A stretch of 64,000 bases of DNA, from assembly GCA_964594215.1 (NCBI GenBank), contig CAZQLN010000004.1, positions 862-64,861 of the forward strand. Reading direction: 5' to 3'. Of this stretch, positions 20,496 to 32,880 are shown piece after piece (the stretch's first letter is position 1; the number at the start of each line of letters is the position of its first letter). This stretch comes from an uncultured Bdellovibrionales bacterium (GTDB lineage Bacteria > Patescibacteriota > Minisyncoccia > Moranbacterales > UBA1568). Below the pieces are notes generated by a model, which was given only the letters and a program-made list of their open reading frames with translations, did not search any database and had not been told where the DNA came from. The position numbers and the translations under genes are program-made.

Positions 20496-20894
20496 TTACT
20501 CTTCAGTACTTTCTCCCTGGAGAGCCTCCATAGCGACATCAATCACTCGCTGAGGATCTACCAATGATTTGACGAGATAATACTCAGCGGCACCAAGATC
20601 AGTGACCGTACGAAACATATCATCACTGTCGACATTGCTTAAAATAATCACTGGGATTTTACAAAGCTCCGTATCACCCTTCAGTTCACGCAAAACAGCA
20701 ATGCCGTCCATTACTGGCATCTGAATATCAAGTAAAATTACTGAGGGTCGTTTTTCACGAATGAGACGCATTCCTTCAGCTCCATCAGCTGCTGTAATGG
20801 TTTCGATACCCTCAGAAGCAAACTTCATCCGGTAAATTTCACGGATGTCATCATTATCATCGATAATACAAATCAATTTTCCTTCCATATACAT
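20496..20894 (-). CDS. Single-domain response regulator receiver
   Basis: IIDD, LLDIQMPVMDG, VIILSN, YLVK. Confidence 0.92.
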   Translation of the reverse strand: MYMEGKLICIIDDNDDIREIYRMKFASEGIETITAADGAEGMRLIREKRPSVILLDIQMPVMDGIAVLRELKGDTELCKIPVIILSNVDSDDMFRTVTDLGAAEYYLVKSLVDPQRVIDVAMEALQGESTEE

Positions 20895-20926
20895 ATTCTT
20901 AGTGTAGCTTGAAGTTGTTATTTTGG

Positions 20927-21373
20927 CTATGCATCAGTATGAAGTGTCGTCCCCCGATGACTCCGGTGCTTTCTGGCTACCCGAATACGGTTAAGCTCTT
21001 TATCGAGCATAGCTACCGTACGAGCATATTCTTCTTCATCCTCCAAGGTACCGCTATTTTTGAGCTCTTCGGCACGCTTGCGGGCTTCCTCCGCACGTTC
21101 AATATCAATATCTTCGGCACGTTCAGCTCGATCAGCCAATACCGTCAGTATGTTGTCATGAAATTCTACAAAACCCGAAGAAAGTGCTAGTTGCACCTCT
21201 TCTCCCGTTCCTTCCAGAAAACGTACCTCTCCAGATACCAGGGAGCCGATATAAGGGACATGTTCTGGCAAAATAGTTACCTCTCCAAAGGTCACAGGCA
21301 AGGTTACCTGACTCACCTCTGTTTCAAGGAGTAGTTTCTCTGGGGTAACAATTTTGAGATTGATAGAAGACAT
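20927..21373 (-). CDS. atpC: ATP synthase epsilon
   Basis: LKIVTPE, GEVTILPEH, SSGFVEF, ERAEDID. Confidence 0.95.
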   Translation of the reverse strand: MSSINLKIVTPEKLLLETEVSQVTLPVTFGEVTILPEHVPYIGSLVSGEVRFLEGTGEEVQLALSSGFVEFHDNILTVLADRAERAEDIDIERAEEARKRAEELKNSGTLEDEEEYARTVAMLDKELNRIRVARKHRSHRGTTLHTDA

Positions 21374-21382
21374 AAAAATCTT

Positions 21383-23718
<2,336 letters not shown>

Positions 23719-23724
23719 GGTGGT

Positions 23725-25224
23725 TTAGGCTAAGAAGTTTTTCTTAAATGCTTCAATGTGTCCTCGAAGCTCTTCCTCTATCTCATCATTCAGGGCTTTG
23801 GTGGTGATAATTTTTTCCAATGTTGACTTACCCTTAGTATCGAGATACTCCAAAAGTTCTCGCTCGAAACGATTGACATCAACTACCGGTACCTCATCAA
23901 CAAATCCACGAGTAAGAGCGTACAAGACTGCCACCTCTTTTTCTACAGATAGTGGGCTAAACTGAGGTTGTTTCAACATTTCAGTAGCTCTGCGGCCACG
24001 CTCAATCTGAGTACGGGTTTTTTCATCAAGATCAGAACCAAACTGCGCAAATGCTTCAAGTTCACGAAACTGAGCGAGGTCAAGACGGAGTGTTCCGGAC
24101 ACCTGTTTCATAGCCTTGATTTGAGCTGCTGATCCTACACGAGAGACTGAGAGACCAACGTTTAAAGCTGGGCGAATTCCCTTGTAGAAAAGATCACTCT
24201 CCAAATAAATTTGGCCGTCGGTAATAGAGATGACGTTCGTCGGAATATAGGCAGATACATCTCCTGCCTGAGTTTCAATAATAGGCAATGCCGTTAATGA
24301 TCCTCCTCCATACTCTTTCGAAAGTTTGGCACTGCGTTCGAGAAGACGTGAATGAAGGTAAAAAACATCTCCTGGATAGGCTTCACGACCCGGTGGACGA
24401 CGAAGAATAAGCGAGATTTGACGATAGGCTACGGCATGTTTAGAGAGATCATCATAGATAACCAGTACATCCTTACCCTGATCCATGAAATACTCCCCAA
24501 GAGCACACCCTGTGTACGGGGCGATAAATGACAAAGCAGCTGGATCTGATGCACCAGCGACAACGACGGTCGTATATTCCATCGCTCCACTCTTCGTCAG
24601 CTCTGCTACGATGCGAGCTATCTTAGATTCTTTCTGTCCAATAGCAACATAGATACAAGTCACACCCTGCCCCTTCTGATTGATGATAGTATCAATAGCT
24701 ACGGCCGTTTTACCAGTCTGACGATCACCGATAATCAATTCACGCTGACCACGACCGACCGGAATAAGGGCATCAATAGCTTTGATACCAGTCTGCAAAG
24801 GCTCTCCCACTGATTCTCGAGTGATAACTCCCGGAGCAATTTTTTCTACTGGGTAAAATACTTTCTTTTCGAGACTCCCCTTCCCATCAATTGGTTCTCC
24901 AAGCGCATTCAAAACACGTCCTACAACATCGTCTCCCACTGGTACTGAAAGAATCCTGCCCGTACTCTTAGCAGTCATCCCTTCATGAATATCACCAGTT
25001 TCATCCAAAAGCATTACTCCGACTTCCCCCTCTTCCAGGTTAAGGGCTACCCCAAGGGCGCCGTTAGCAAACTCTACCATTTCGGAAGCCATCACTTCAG
25101 AAAGTCCTGAGAGACGGACAACACCATCACCAACTTCAAGAACTGTACCAGTTGCCTCTACGGTTGGTGTGTGTGCGAACTGCTCGATTTGAGTTTTTAG
25201 AAGAGAAATGAGAGGACTACTCAT
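23725..25224 (-). CDS. atpA: ATP synthase alpha
   Basis: [34 protein letters not shown]. Confidence 0.98.
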   Translation of the reverse strand: MSSPLISLLKTQIEQFAHTPTVEATGTVLEVGDGVVRLSGLSEVMASEMVEFANGALGVALNLEEGEVGVMLLDETGDIHEGMTAKSTGRILSVPVGDDVVGRVLNALGEPIDGKGSLEKKVFYPVEKIAPGVITRESVGEPLQTGIKAIDALIPVGRGQRELIIGDRQTGKTAVAIDTIINQKGQGVTCIYVAIGQKESKIARIVAELTKSGAMEYTTVVVAGASDPAALSFIAPYTGCALGEYFMDQGKDVLVIYDDLSKHAVAYRQISLILRRPPGREAYPGDVFYLHSRLLERSAKLSKEYGGGSLTALPIIETQAGDVSAYIPTNVISITDGQIYLESDLFYKGIRPALNVGLSVSRVGSAAQIKAMKQVSGTLRLDLAQFRELEAFAQFGSDLDEKTRTQIERGRRATEMLKQPQFSPLSVEKEVAVLYALTRGFVDEVPVVDVNRFERELLEYLDTKGKSTLEKIITTKALNDEIEEELRGHIEAFKKNFLA

Positions 25225-25234
25225 AGAAGTAACT

Positions 25235-25627
25235 TTAAGATTTTAGGGTTTGTGAAAATTGATTAAGTGTATGGGCGAGAGTTTGATCATAACTCGTATC
25301 CTTACCCTGGACACGAAAACCACCGATGAGACTTTCATCAAGAACATGGGTAAGGTCAAGTTGTTTGCCTGGATAGAGAATGGCTATTTTCTTCTCTAGG
25401 ACAGCACGTTGTTTGGTATCAATAACATGCTTCGTAAAAACTGTCAGTCGTTCGACATCGTGAAGGGCTTCTTCCAGATCAATTACTCCTTGCAATACCG
25501 GAACAAATTTTTCCGCCTCACCTCTCTGAACTAGATACGCTCTAAAGTGAGTAAGGATTTTTTCTTTATCCCCTTCTTGCAACAACTCATGAAGGGCAAG
25601 GGCGTATTGTTTGACTGAAAGACGCAT
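25235..25627 (-). CDS. atpH: ATP synthase delta (short form)
   Basis: QYALAL N-terminus, DESLIGGF; operon position. Confidence 0.85.
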   Translation of the reverse strand: MRLSVKQYALALHELLQEGDKEKILTHFRAYLVQRGEAEKFVPVLQGVIDLEEALHDVERLTVFTKHVIDTKQRAVLEKKIAILYPGKQLDLTHVLDESLIGGFRVQGKDTSYDQTLAHTLNQFSQTLKS

Positions 25628-25637
25628 ATGATATGTA

Positions 25638-26126
25638 TTATTTCACTAGGACACGCTTGATCAGCTCTTGATCCTTAGCGCTATCTACTTTCTCAAGCAG
25701 CACCTTCTCAACAGATTGGGTGACGAGGTCCACCACTTCACTCCGCACATCACGAAGCATTTTCTCGCGCTCTTCGGCAAGCTGTTTCTCGTTATCAGCT
25801 AGAAGTTGCTTAATTTTAGCCTCAACCTCTACCTCACGTTCTCTGGCTCGTGTCTTGGCATCTTGCTCTGCCTCCATCAGTATTTGCTTAGCCTCAGACC
25901 GCGCTTGCTTAAGAATAGACTTTTCTTCAGCGACAACACTGACAAGCTTTTCCTTGGCAGTATCAGCATCCTTGATACCTTGCTCAATACGTTCTGCTCG
26001 ACTGCCGAGAAAATCTAGCATCGGCTTGTAGGCATAACGCCTCAGAACGAAAAAAAGAATAGCGAAATTTACTCCCTGAGCAATAAGCAGTTTCCAATCA
26101 ATACCGAGTTTCGCCAATATTTCCAT
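25638..26126 (-). CDS. atpF: ATP synthase subunit b
   Basis: LGIDWKLLIAQGVNF membrane anchor plus coiled coil. Confidence 0.95.
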   Translation of the reverse strand: MEILAKLGIDWKLLIAQGVNFAILFFVLRRYAYKPMLDFLGSRAERIEQGIKDADTAKEKLVSVVAEEKSILKQARSEAKQILMEAEQDAKTRAREREVEVEAKIKQLLADNEKQLAEEREKMLRDVRSEVVDLVTQSVEKVLLEKVDSAKDQELIKRVLVK

Positions 26127-26129
26127 ATC

Positions 26130-26164
26130 AATAACCTACAACTAATAACTTACAACCAATAACT
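26130..26164. repeat. Five heptamer repeats (WAYAACY) downstream of the four-helix-bundle gene
   Basis: aataacc tacaact aataact tacaacc aataact. Confidence 0.88.
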
Positions 26165-26519
26165 ATTTTAATTTCTTTTTGAATCCGCCAATTTGAGAAC
26201 TAATCACCTCAACCTTCTTGAAAAAAATTTCTTTTTCTTGTGGCGTGATACTTGCCATTTTTTCTAGTGTATCGATTGCTGCCAGTGTCTCATAGAGAGA
26301 ACCTAGCGCTATTTCAAAAAAACGGTTTAGTTCTTTATCTGAGGTCTTTCCGCTTCCTTCTGCGATATTCAAAACTACTGATAACGCTGCTCTACTCAAC
26401 TGACTACCTATTACATAACGTGACTCCTGACTTAGACTTGCCACAACCTTTGAAACTTCTATAAACAAATCTTGTGCATCTTGGTAGACTTGCCAGTCTA
26501 GAAAACGAAATTTGTTCAT
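26163..26519 (-). CDS. Four-helix-bundle protein (23S rRNA IVP / TIGR02436-like)
   Basis: FRFLDWQVYQ, QLSRAALSVVLNIAEGSGK, RFFEIALGSLYE, family hallmarks. Confidence 0.92.
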   Translation of the reverse strand: MNKFRFLDWQVYQDAQDLFIEVSKVVASLSQESRYVIGSQLSRAALSVVLNIAEGSGKTSDKELNRFFEIALGSLYETLAAIDTLEKMASITPQEKEIFFKKVEVISSQIGGFKKKLK

Positions 26520-26523
26520 ATGT

Positions 26524-26557
26524 CGTTGTGAGTTGTCTGTTGTGAGTTGTCAGTTAT

Positions 26558-26558
<1 letters not shown>
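26524..26558. repeat. Five heptamer repeats upstream of the four-helix-bundle gene, inverted relative to the downstream array
   Basis: cgttgtg agttgtc tgttgtg agttgtc agttatt. Confidence 0.88.
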
Positions 26559-26800
<242 letters not shown>

Positions 26801-26876
26801 TTACTTATAATTAAAATTAATACGAAGTTGTCCTATTATACGGCTTTTTAGCACATCTGTCCAATGCTCATTTTCC

Positions 26877-27629
26877 TTAGTGTTCCATCTCCACCGTAGC
26901 CATCTTAAGGAAAACAAGTGTCAACATAGCGAATACCACCGCCTGAATAAAACCCACAAAAACTTCTAGAAAAAGAAATGGCAGAGGTAAGAGAAAGGGT
27001 ACCAGATGAAGCATAACAGTAAGCAAAACCTCTCCCGCAAAAACATTCCCAAAAAGACGGAACGTGAAAGAAATAGTTTTCCCAATCTCACTTACCAACT
27101 CGAGGATGCCGACAAACATTCCAATCACATACGGCTTGTGAAATGGACTAATAAGAAACTTTCCTGCGTAGCGTCGGACACCAAGAGCAGCGATGCCCGT
27201 AAACTGCACTACTACTACGACAATCAGCGAAAGGGCTAGTGTGAAATTAAGATCAGCGGAAGTGCTCCGAAGAAATGGGATAATAGTCGCATGTCCACCC
27301 ACTTCATGAGTCAGTCCTACAGTTCCCAGACCTGGTAAGAGTCCGGCCCAGTTCGCGCAAAGTACAAACAAAAATATCGTGGCAATAAGAGGGAAAAATT
27401 GTAAGGCTTGCTTACGATTTTGAGTTACACTCTCTACTAGATCAAGGAGAGCTTCAAAGATCACTTCAATAATGTTTTGGAATCCTCGTGGCACATCTTC
27501 TAAATTCTTCATCAAACGCGTAAAAGAAATCATAATCAATGTACTCACGATACCGCCAATCAGAAGAGCATTCGTAACCGGAAAGCCCCCTAAGGTAAAA
27601 AGTTGTTCTGCAGCAATTGAAATTTCCAT
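26877..27629 (-). CDS. atpB: ATP synthase subunit a
   Basis: PRGFQN, NWAGLLPG, FRLFGNVFAGE, FIQAVVF. Confidence 0.96.
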   Translation of the reverse strand: MEISIAAEQLFTLGGFPVTNALLIGGIVSTLIMISFTRLMKNLEDVPRGFQNIIEVIFEALLDLVESVTQNRKQALQFFPLIATIFLFVLCANWAGLLPGLGTVGLTHEVGGHATIIPFLRSTSADLNFTLALSLIVVVVVQFTGIAALGVRRYAGKFLISPFHKPYVIGMFVGILELVSEIGKTISFTFRLFGNVFAGEVLLTVMLHLVPFLLPLPFLFLEVFVGFIQAVVFAMLTLVFLKMATVEMEH

Positions 27630-27715
27630 TCAGCTCGAATTTTTGATAACAAAAAAGGGCTCTGACCCTTTATCTAAACGCCTCTATTGTATGCCCAAAA
27701 GGCATATGAGTCAAT

Positions 27716-28540
27716 CTAGGAGCCCCCGAATACCCTGACGAAATTAGCCTCTAGTTGAGCATCCAATACTGGCCGCGTAATACCGAGTAATTCACATACC
27801 TTTTCGGCTGTATGGATAGCGTAGGCGGGTTCATTGCGCTCTCCTCTTTTGGCTTGAGGCGAAAGAAACGGACAATCTGTCTCAATAAAAATACGTTCTC
27901 GGGGAATCAGCTTCACTGTTTCTGTTAAGTCATCCTTCGTGCCGACAAGCTGCTTTTTTACTGGATAGGTGATGTTTCCCGTAAAAGAAAAATGGATATT
28001 AGACAGTCCGAGAAAGGCTTGAGTCACTTCAGTATCCCCCATATAGCAGTGTAAGATGATTGGCAATACGAAGTTTGTCTCCTGGAAAATACTCAACATA
28101 TCCTCATAAGCATCCATAGTCAGAGCATTCTTCGGTCGACAGTGGATAATAAGCGGCAAACGAAGCTCGGCGGCGAGAGCTATGTGCTTCTTGAACGCTT
28201 CTCTCTGGGCCTGTTTCTGCTTGTCAGTAATCTCACCATGACTTTCTGAATAGTCCAGTCCACACTCGCCAATAGCTACTATCTTGCTCTGTTTCGCTAA
28301 TTCTGCGAGTTCAGGAATATACCCCTCCCCCACCTCACCACGAAACTCATTCGGGTGAATACCAACACTGGCATATACATCAGGATACTGTGCCGAGAGA
28401 GCAATAGCTTGCCTACTCTCTTCCAGAGTGGTGCCGACTACTAATAATTGCTTCACTCCGGCTGCGCGAGCCCGAGCTATCACCTCATTACGATCAGCAT
28501 CATAGCTATCCCAGTACAAGTGGGTATGGATATCGAGCAT
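27716..28540 (-). CDS. tatD: TatD family DNase
   Basis: DIHTHL, GIHP, IGECGLDY, IIHCR, ETDCPFL, RNEP. Confidence 0.93.
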   Translation of the reverse strand: MLDIHTHLYWDSYDADRNEVIARARAAGVKQLLVVGTTLEESRQAIALSAQYPDVYASVGIHPNEFRGEVGEGYIPELAELAKQSKIVAIGECGLDYSESHGEITDKQKQAQREAFKKHIALAAELRLPLIIHCRPKNALTMDAYEDMLSIFQETNFVLPIILHCYMGDTEVTQAFLGLSNIHFSFTGNITYPVKKQLVGTKDDLTETVKLIPRERIFIETDCPFLSPQAKRGERNEPAYAIHTAEKVCELLGITRPVLDAQLEANFVRVFGGS

Positions 28541-28545
28541 ATTTC

Positions 28546-29964
28546 TTAGGCAATACGCTGAAACAAAGGTTCTGTTTTCCCAGTCTCGAGAGCCGTCTGG
28601 ATTTTCTCAGCAGTAGCTGGCATAAAAGGTTTGAGGCCGAATGCAATATATGAAAGCTGGCTAAAAAGATTTTTCATAACAAGGTTAAATTCTTCTCTAT
28701 TTTCTTTTACCAGTATCCATGGCTTTTCTTTATCCATGAAAATATTAGCTCTCGATACTAATCCCATAACCTCCTTCAAAGCCTCAGATATGTTGAGATC
28801 GGCTAGATGATGGTCTGAAGAGCTGTTCGTACTACTCACTATTGTTTCTGGTAAAGATTCTAACTGTTCTGCTAATTTCAGAGCACGAGATACAAGATTA
28901 CCAAGACCGTTAGCTAGGTGTGCATTATAAGTCTCAACCATACGCTCCATAGTCAGATCTACATCTGAACCATACGGACCAGCTGATAGAAGAAGATACC
29001 GTGTACCATCAGTACCAAATTTTTCTAACATCTCATCAACTGAGATTACATTACCGACTGTCTTACTCATTTTACGTCCTCCCGAAAGAATGAATCCGTT
29101 CACGAGCAAACACTTCTGGGTTGGTAAACCAAGATGCAACAACATAATCGGCCAGATAGTACCATGGACTCGGAGAATATCTTTTCCAATCAACTGAACA
29201 TCAGCTGGCCAGGCAGTGGGAACATTCTCTTTGTTTCCGTCCCAACCAAGGGCTGTGAGGTAATTAAGAAAAGCATCTACCCAAACATAGGTAGTGTGCG
29301 TTTGATCAAATGGCAATGGTATTCCCCAATCTACATTCTTGCGTGATATAGAAACATCTTCTAGCTTCTCACCTTCCAAAAATGAGAGGATCTCTGCCTT
29401 ATACTTCTCGGGCATCACTAAGAGGTCGTCACTCTTGATTTTCTGCACTAACGCTTCCTGCATGCTAGTCATCTTCATGAGATAACTTTCCTCTTTTGTA
29501 AATACTGGCACTGTGCCATGTTCGGGACACTTGCCATCTATAAGATCGCTTGGATTCTTGAACTGTTCACAACCGGTACAGTAGAGTCCCTCATACTCCC
29601 CTTTATAAATAATTTTTCGATCATAAAAATCCTGCAACACCTTCTCTACGACCGCCTTGTGAGTAGACTCAGTAGTCCGAATAAACCGGTCATGGCTAAT
29701 GTTTAGTCTCTTCCAAAGATTTTGAAAAGCTTCCGCTATTTCATCCACAAACTCTTGAGGATCTTTTCCGAGTTCTTTAGCTTTTTGCTCTATCTTCATA
29801 CCATGTTCGTCGGTACCAGTTGAGAAAAATACCTCTTTGCCGTCTCTTCTCTGAAAACGAGCTACAATGTCAGCAGCCACAGTTGTATAGGCGTGTCCAA
29901 TATGAGGCAAACCATTTACATAGTAGATAGGAGTGGTGATATAAAATGGCTTTTTGGCTTCCAT
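28546..29964 (-). CDS. metG: Methionine-tRNA ligase (short form)
   Basis: ITTPIYYVN..HIGH, GTDEHG, YVWVDA, KMSKT. Confidence 0.96.
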   Translation of the reverse strand: MEAKKPFYITTPIYYVNGLPHIGHAYTTVAADIVARFQRRDGKEVFFSTGTDEHGMKIEQKAKELGKDPQEFVDEIAEAFQNLWKRLNISHDRFIRTTESTHKAVVEKVLQDFYDRKIIYKGEYEGLYCTGCEQFKNPSDLIDGKCPEHGTVPVFTKEESYLMKMTSMQEALVQKIKSDDLLVMPEKYKAEILSFLEGEKLEDVSISRKNVDWGIPLPFDQTHTTYVWVDAFLNYLTALGWDGNKENVPTAWPADVQLIGKDILRVHGTIWPIMLLHLGLPTQKCLLVNGFILSGGRKMSKTVGNVISVDEMLEKFGTDGTRYLLLSAGPYGSDVDLTMERMVETYNAHLANGLGNLVSRALKLAEQLESLPETIVSSTNSSSDHHLADLNISEALKEVMGLVSRANIFMDKEKPWILVKENREEFNLVMKNLFSQLSYIAFGLKPFMPATAEKIQTALETGKTEPLFQRIA

Positions 29965-30048
29965 ATTGAGTGTTATTAGCTTCTTCTACGATGTCATAAA
30001 GTCCGTCTTCTGTCGATATAGACGTCTCTCTAGACGTAGTTTTCTAGG

Positions 30049-30134
30049 TTGACATATGGCACTAACTAGAGTATACTATGTAGGTGCAGATTTATAGGAG
30101 TCTCCACATTCACACTTTTCCGAGGGGAAAATTA
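30049..30134 (+). promoter_or_regulatory. Cassette 1 promoter and conserved leader
   Basis: TTGACA(30049)-17-TATACT(30072); AGATTTATAGGAGTCT; TTTTCC-GAGG-GGAAAA hairpin carrying an SD-like GAGGGG. Confidence 0.75.
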
Positions 30135-30320
30135 ATGCAACAAAATACTGCTCCTGCCAACAACAGCTCAACCACTGAATGCACCTGCCAATTGGGACAG
30201 GACCATACCTGTGGTCTTCCGGGTCGTCACCTGATCAATCTCAACAATGCGCCAAGTGCCATGGAAGAGCGGTTCCGAGCGGGATCGGGTTATGTGCCAG
30301 CATTCTCTCGTCGTTGGTAG
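30135..30320 (+). CDS. Small 61-aa Cys/His-motif protein (cassette 1)
   Basis: ATG at 30135 after GAGGGG; MQQNTAPANNSSTTECTCQLGQDHTCG...; own promoter and terminator. Confidence 0.65.
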   Translation: MQQNTAPANNSSTTECTCQLGQDHTCGLPGRHLINLNNAPSAMEERFRAGSGYVPAFSRRW

Positions 30321-30342
30321 AGAAGAGCAAGAGTCGTTATTT

Positions 30343-30394
30343 TGGCTGAAACAGCCATCCCGGGGTCGCTTTCACAAGAAGCGACCCCATTTTT
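30343..30394 (+). terminator. Small hairpin plus intrinsic terminator, cassette 1
   Basis: TGGCTG-AAA-CAGCCA, then GGGGTCGCTT/AAGCGACCCC + ATTTTT. Confidence 0.8.
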
Positions 30395-30403
30395 ATAAAA
30401 AAC

Positions 30404-30491
30404 TTGACTCTTGGGAGATGGTAGGAGTAGACTGTCCGGGTAGATTTATAGGAGTCTACACACACTCAACCAAGTTCCGAGGGGAATACCA
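30404..30491 (+). promoter_or_regulatory. Cassette 2 promoter and conserved leader
   Basis: TTGACT(30404)-18-TAGACT(30428); second AGATTTATAGGAGTCT; second TTCCGAGGGGAA. Confidence 0.7.
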
Positions 30492-30845
30492 ATGTGTTAT
30501 AGATGTACTTCAGGTCAGGGTGGCTATTGTACCGACAGTGGAGAGGTTATTATACCGCGTTCACCAACCGGCCAAATGGCTGTTAGGCTCACGCGTAAAC
30601 CACCCCTTCAACACCAGCCGCACATGCTCACCGGACAGGCGAGCATCAGGCAGCCAGCTAACGCTGATACACCTCGGCGGACAGCAGATTGCGGACAGTT
30701 TTCACCCCCAAATCGTGGACTACAAGTGCAAGACCTCTTTACCAATCGTGTCGGCATCCATGAAGAAACCGTCGAGACTATGATGCAAGCTGCATCAGAA
30801 GCGGACGATCTCCTCATCGATGTTCCTCTCACCATCACCGGCTAA
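30492..30845 (+). CDS. 117-aa protein with an N-terminal Cys motif (cassette 2)
   Basis: ATG after GAGGGG; MCYRCTSGQGGYCT...; acidic C-terminus. Confidence 0.65.
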   Translation: MCYRCTSGQGGYCTDSGEVIIPRSPTGQMAVRLTRKPPLQHQPHMLTGQASIRQPANADTPRRTADCGQFSPPNRGLQVQDLFTNRVGIHEETVETMMQAASEADDLLIDVPLTITG

Positions 30846-30847
30846 AT

Positions 30848-30921
30848 ATGGTTTCATTGTAAACCTGTAGCCATCCCGGGTCACTTTTTTGCAGTTTTTG
30901 CAAGAAGGTGGCCCGTTTTTT
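30848..30921 (+). terminator. Small hairpin plus intrinsic terminator, cassette 2
   Basis: ATGGTT..AGCCAT, then CGGGTCACTTTTTTGCA/TGCAAGAAGGTGGCCCG + TTTTTT. Confidence 0.8.
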
Positions 30922-31579
30922 AATACACAATAATCGTAAACTCTCCTTTGATTTTTTCTGGATACTTCTCGAAATGATCTAGGATGCTCTCTGTATCACC
31001 TCGTACTATTTCTTCGAATATCTTTGTAAGCTCACGACCAAGAATAATCTTTTTGCTAGGAGCTAATTCCTGAAGAAGATCCAGATTTTTAATTACTCGA
31101 TGGGGTGACTCATAGTACATAACCGGTATCTTACTCTCACCCACTTCTCGAAAAAAAGTCTGCCTCCCCTTTTTGTGAGGTGGGAAACCTAAAAATGTAA
31201 ATTCACGCATATCAACACCTGCTACTGACACCAGCGCTGTTAGGGCTGATGCTCCAGGGATAGGTACAACTCCTATTCCAGCCTCAATAGCTGCTCCTAC
31301 CAGTACATTACCTGGATCAGAAAGGCTTGGTGTCCCCGCATCAGTGACCAACGCCATGTTTTCCCCAGTCCGTAAGCGCTCGATGAGACTGGCTATTTTG
31401 CGTTCGTCACTGTGCTCATGAAATGAGCTTGTCGGCTTAGTAATCTCATAGTGAAATAAGAGTTTTTTGGTCACGCGAGTATCTTCGCATAAAATCAGAT
31501 CCACGTTTTTGAGTGTCTCAAGAGCTCGGAGTGTGATATCTCCAAGGTTACCAATGGGAGTAGCAACGATATAGAGCAT
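30920..31579 (-). CDS. rsmI: 16S rRNA C1402 2'-O-methyltransferase
   Basis: LYIVATPIGNLGDIT.RA, CEDTR, DAGTP.LSDPG, YESPHR, RELTK. Confidence 0.96.
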   Translation of the reverse strand: MLYIVATPIGNLGDITLRALETLKNVDLILCEDTRVTKKLLFHYEITKPTSSFHEHSDERKIASLIERLRTGENMALVTDAGTPSLSDPGNVLVGAAIEAGIGVVPIPGASALTALVSVAGVDMREFTFLGFPPHKKGRQTFFREVGESKIPVMYYESPHRVIKNLDLLQELAPSKKIILGRELTKIFEEIVRGDTESILDHFEKYPEKIKGEFTIIVY

Positions 31580-31588
31580 GGGGGTATA

Positions 31589-32857
31589 TTAGAGGTGGAG
31601 AAGTTTTTCTAGTTTGGCCTTCTTGATACTTGGACTAATCACCGCTAGGTTTAAACGTTTTTCGGTAAAAATCGTCTTAGCCACACGGAGCACATCTTCA
31701 GCGGTCACTTTGTCGATAGCTCGGAGCTTATCCTTAGGAAGAACCACTTGATTCTGAAGAACTTCTTGACCAACTAGATATTCTACGACATCATCTGATC
31801 CTTCAAGACCAAGCGCTAGACGACCCTTGATACTTTCTTTGGCTTTTTTCAATTCGTCCTTGCCGACTAATTCCTGGGTAATTTTTTTGTATTCATCAAG
31901 TATCACCCCTAAAGCTTTCTCTACGTTACCGTGCTCTACGCCTGCTTGAGTAGCGAGGTAACCAGCATCCAAGAAAAGATCGGTGCTCGTACGTATAGAG
32001 TAGGCCAATCCTCGACGCTCTCGGACTTCAATAAACATACGTGAAGACATCCCTCCTCCAAGAATTGTTGAGAGAACCGAAAGTACAGCCTTATCCTTAT
32101 GAAACATATCAAAAGCTCTCACCCCAACCACTAACTGCGTCTGATCGACTTTTTTGTTCTGAAGAAACACTTGCGGCGTAGCCTGTCTATCAACAGCCTT
32201 CTTGGCTACTGGTTTCTTACCGACGCGCACATGCTGGAAAATCTTCTCAATTTCTTTCTTCACTGTCTGAGAATCAATCTTCCCCGCTACTCCCACGACA
32301 ATATTAGAAGCTACATAGGCTCGTTCGAGAAACTTTGTAAAATCGTGGCGCTGGAAAATCTTTATATTACTTTTTGGCCCACCGATATCCCAGCCTAATG
32401 GAGTATCGCCATACAGAAGAGCCTTGAAGTGTTCTTGGACACGACGCATAGGCATATCTTCATACATATTAAGTTCCTGAAGAATAGCTCCGCGTTCTCG
32501 ATTAATTTCTTCTTGTTCTATCTTGGCATTGAGAAACAGGTCTGAAACAACATCCAGAGCAGTCCGCCAATGCTTTGAGGCTACTTTAGCATAGTATCCA
32601 GTATATTCTTCACCAGTAAAAGCATTGTATTCTGCTCCCAAACCATCAAGCTCCTTGGAAATATCCAAAGCGGTTGGCCTTTTTTCTGTACCCTTGAAAA
32701 ACATATGCTCAAGAAAGTGAGCTAGACCGTTCTCCTTACGGGTCTCATAACGAGATCCAACGCCAGTCATGATGAGTACTGTAGCGGTATCTGTATCCTG
32801 CATCGGTGCTAGAATAAGACGCAAACCATTTTTGAGAGTAATTTTCTGATATTTCAT
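31589..32857 (-). CDS. M16 family zinc peptidase
   Basis: HFLEH inverted zinc motif, NAFTG, LGGGMSSRMFIEVRERRGLAY. Confidence 0.93.
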   Translation of the reverse strand: MKYQKITLKNGLRLILAPMQDTDTATVLIMTGVGSRYETRKENGLAHFLEHMFFKGTEKRPTALDISKELDGLGAEYNAFTGEEYTGYYAKVASKHWRTALDVVSDLFLNAKIEQEEINRERGAILQELNMYEDMPMRRVQEHFKALLYGDTPLGWDIGGPKSNIKIFQRHDFTKFLERAYVASNIVVGVAGKIDSQTVKKEIEKIFQHVRVGKKPVAKKAVDRQATPQVFLQNKKVDQTQLVVGVRAFDMFHKDKAVLSVLSTILGGGMSSRMFIEVRERRGLAYSIRTSTDLFLDAGYLATQAGVEHGNVEKALGVILDEYKKITQELVGKDELKKAKESIKGRLALGLEGSDDVVEYLVGQEVLQNQVVLPKDKLRAIDKVTAEDVLRVAKTIFTEKRLNLAVISPSIKKAKLEKLLHL

Positions 32858-32880
32858 ATATTGTAACGGAGATATTTAAA

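Noticed and set aside
30247-30783. 178-aa plus-strand ORF
   Set aside because: Runs through a terminator and promoter and overlaps two ORFs with better start signals.
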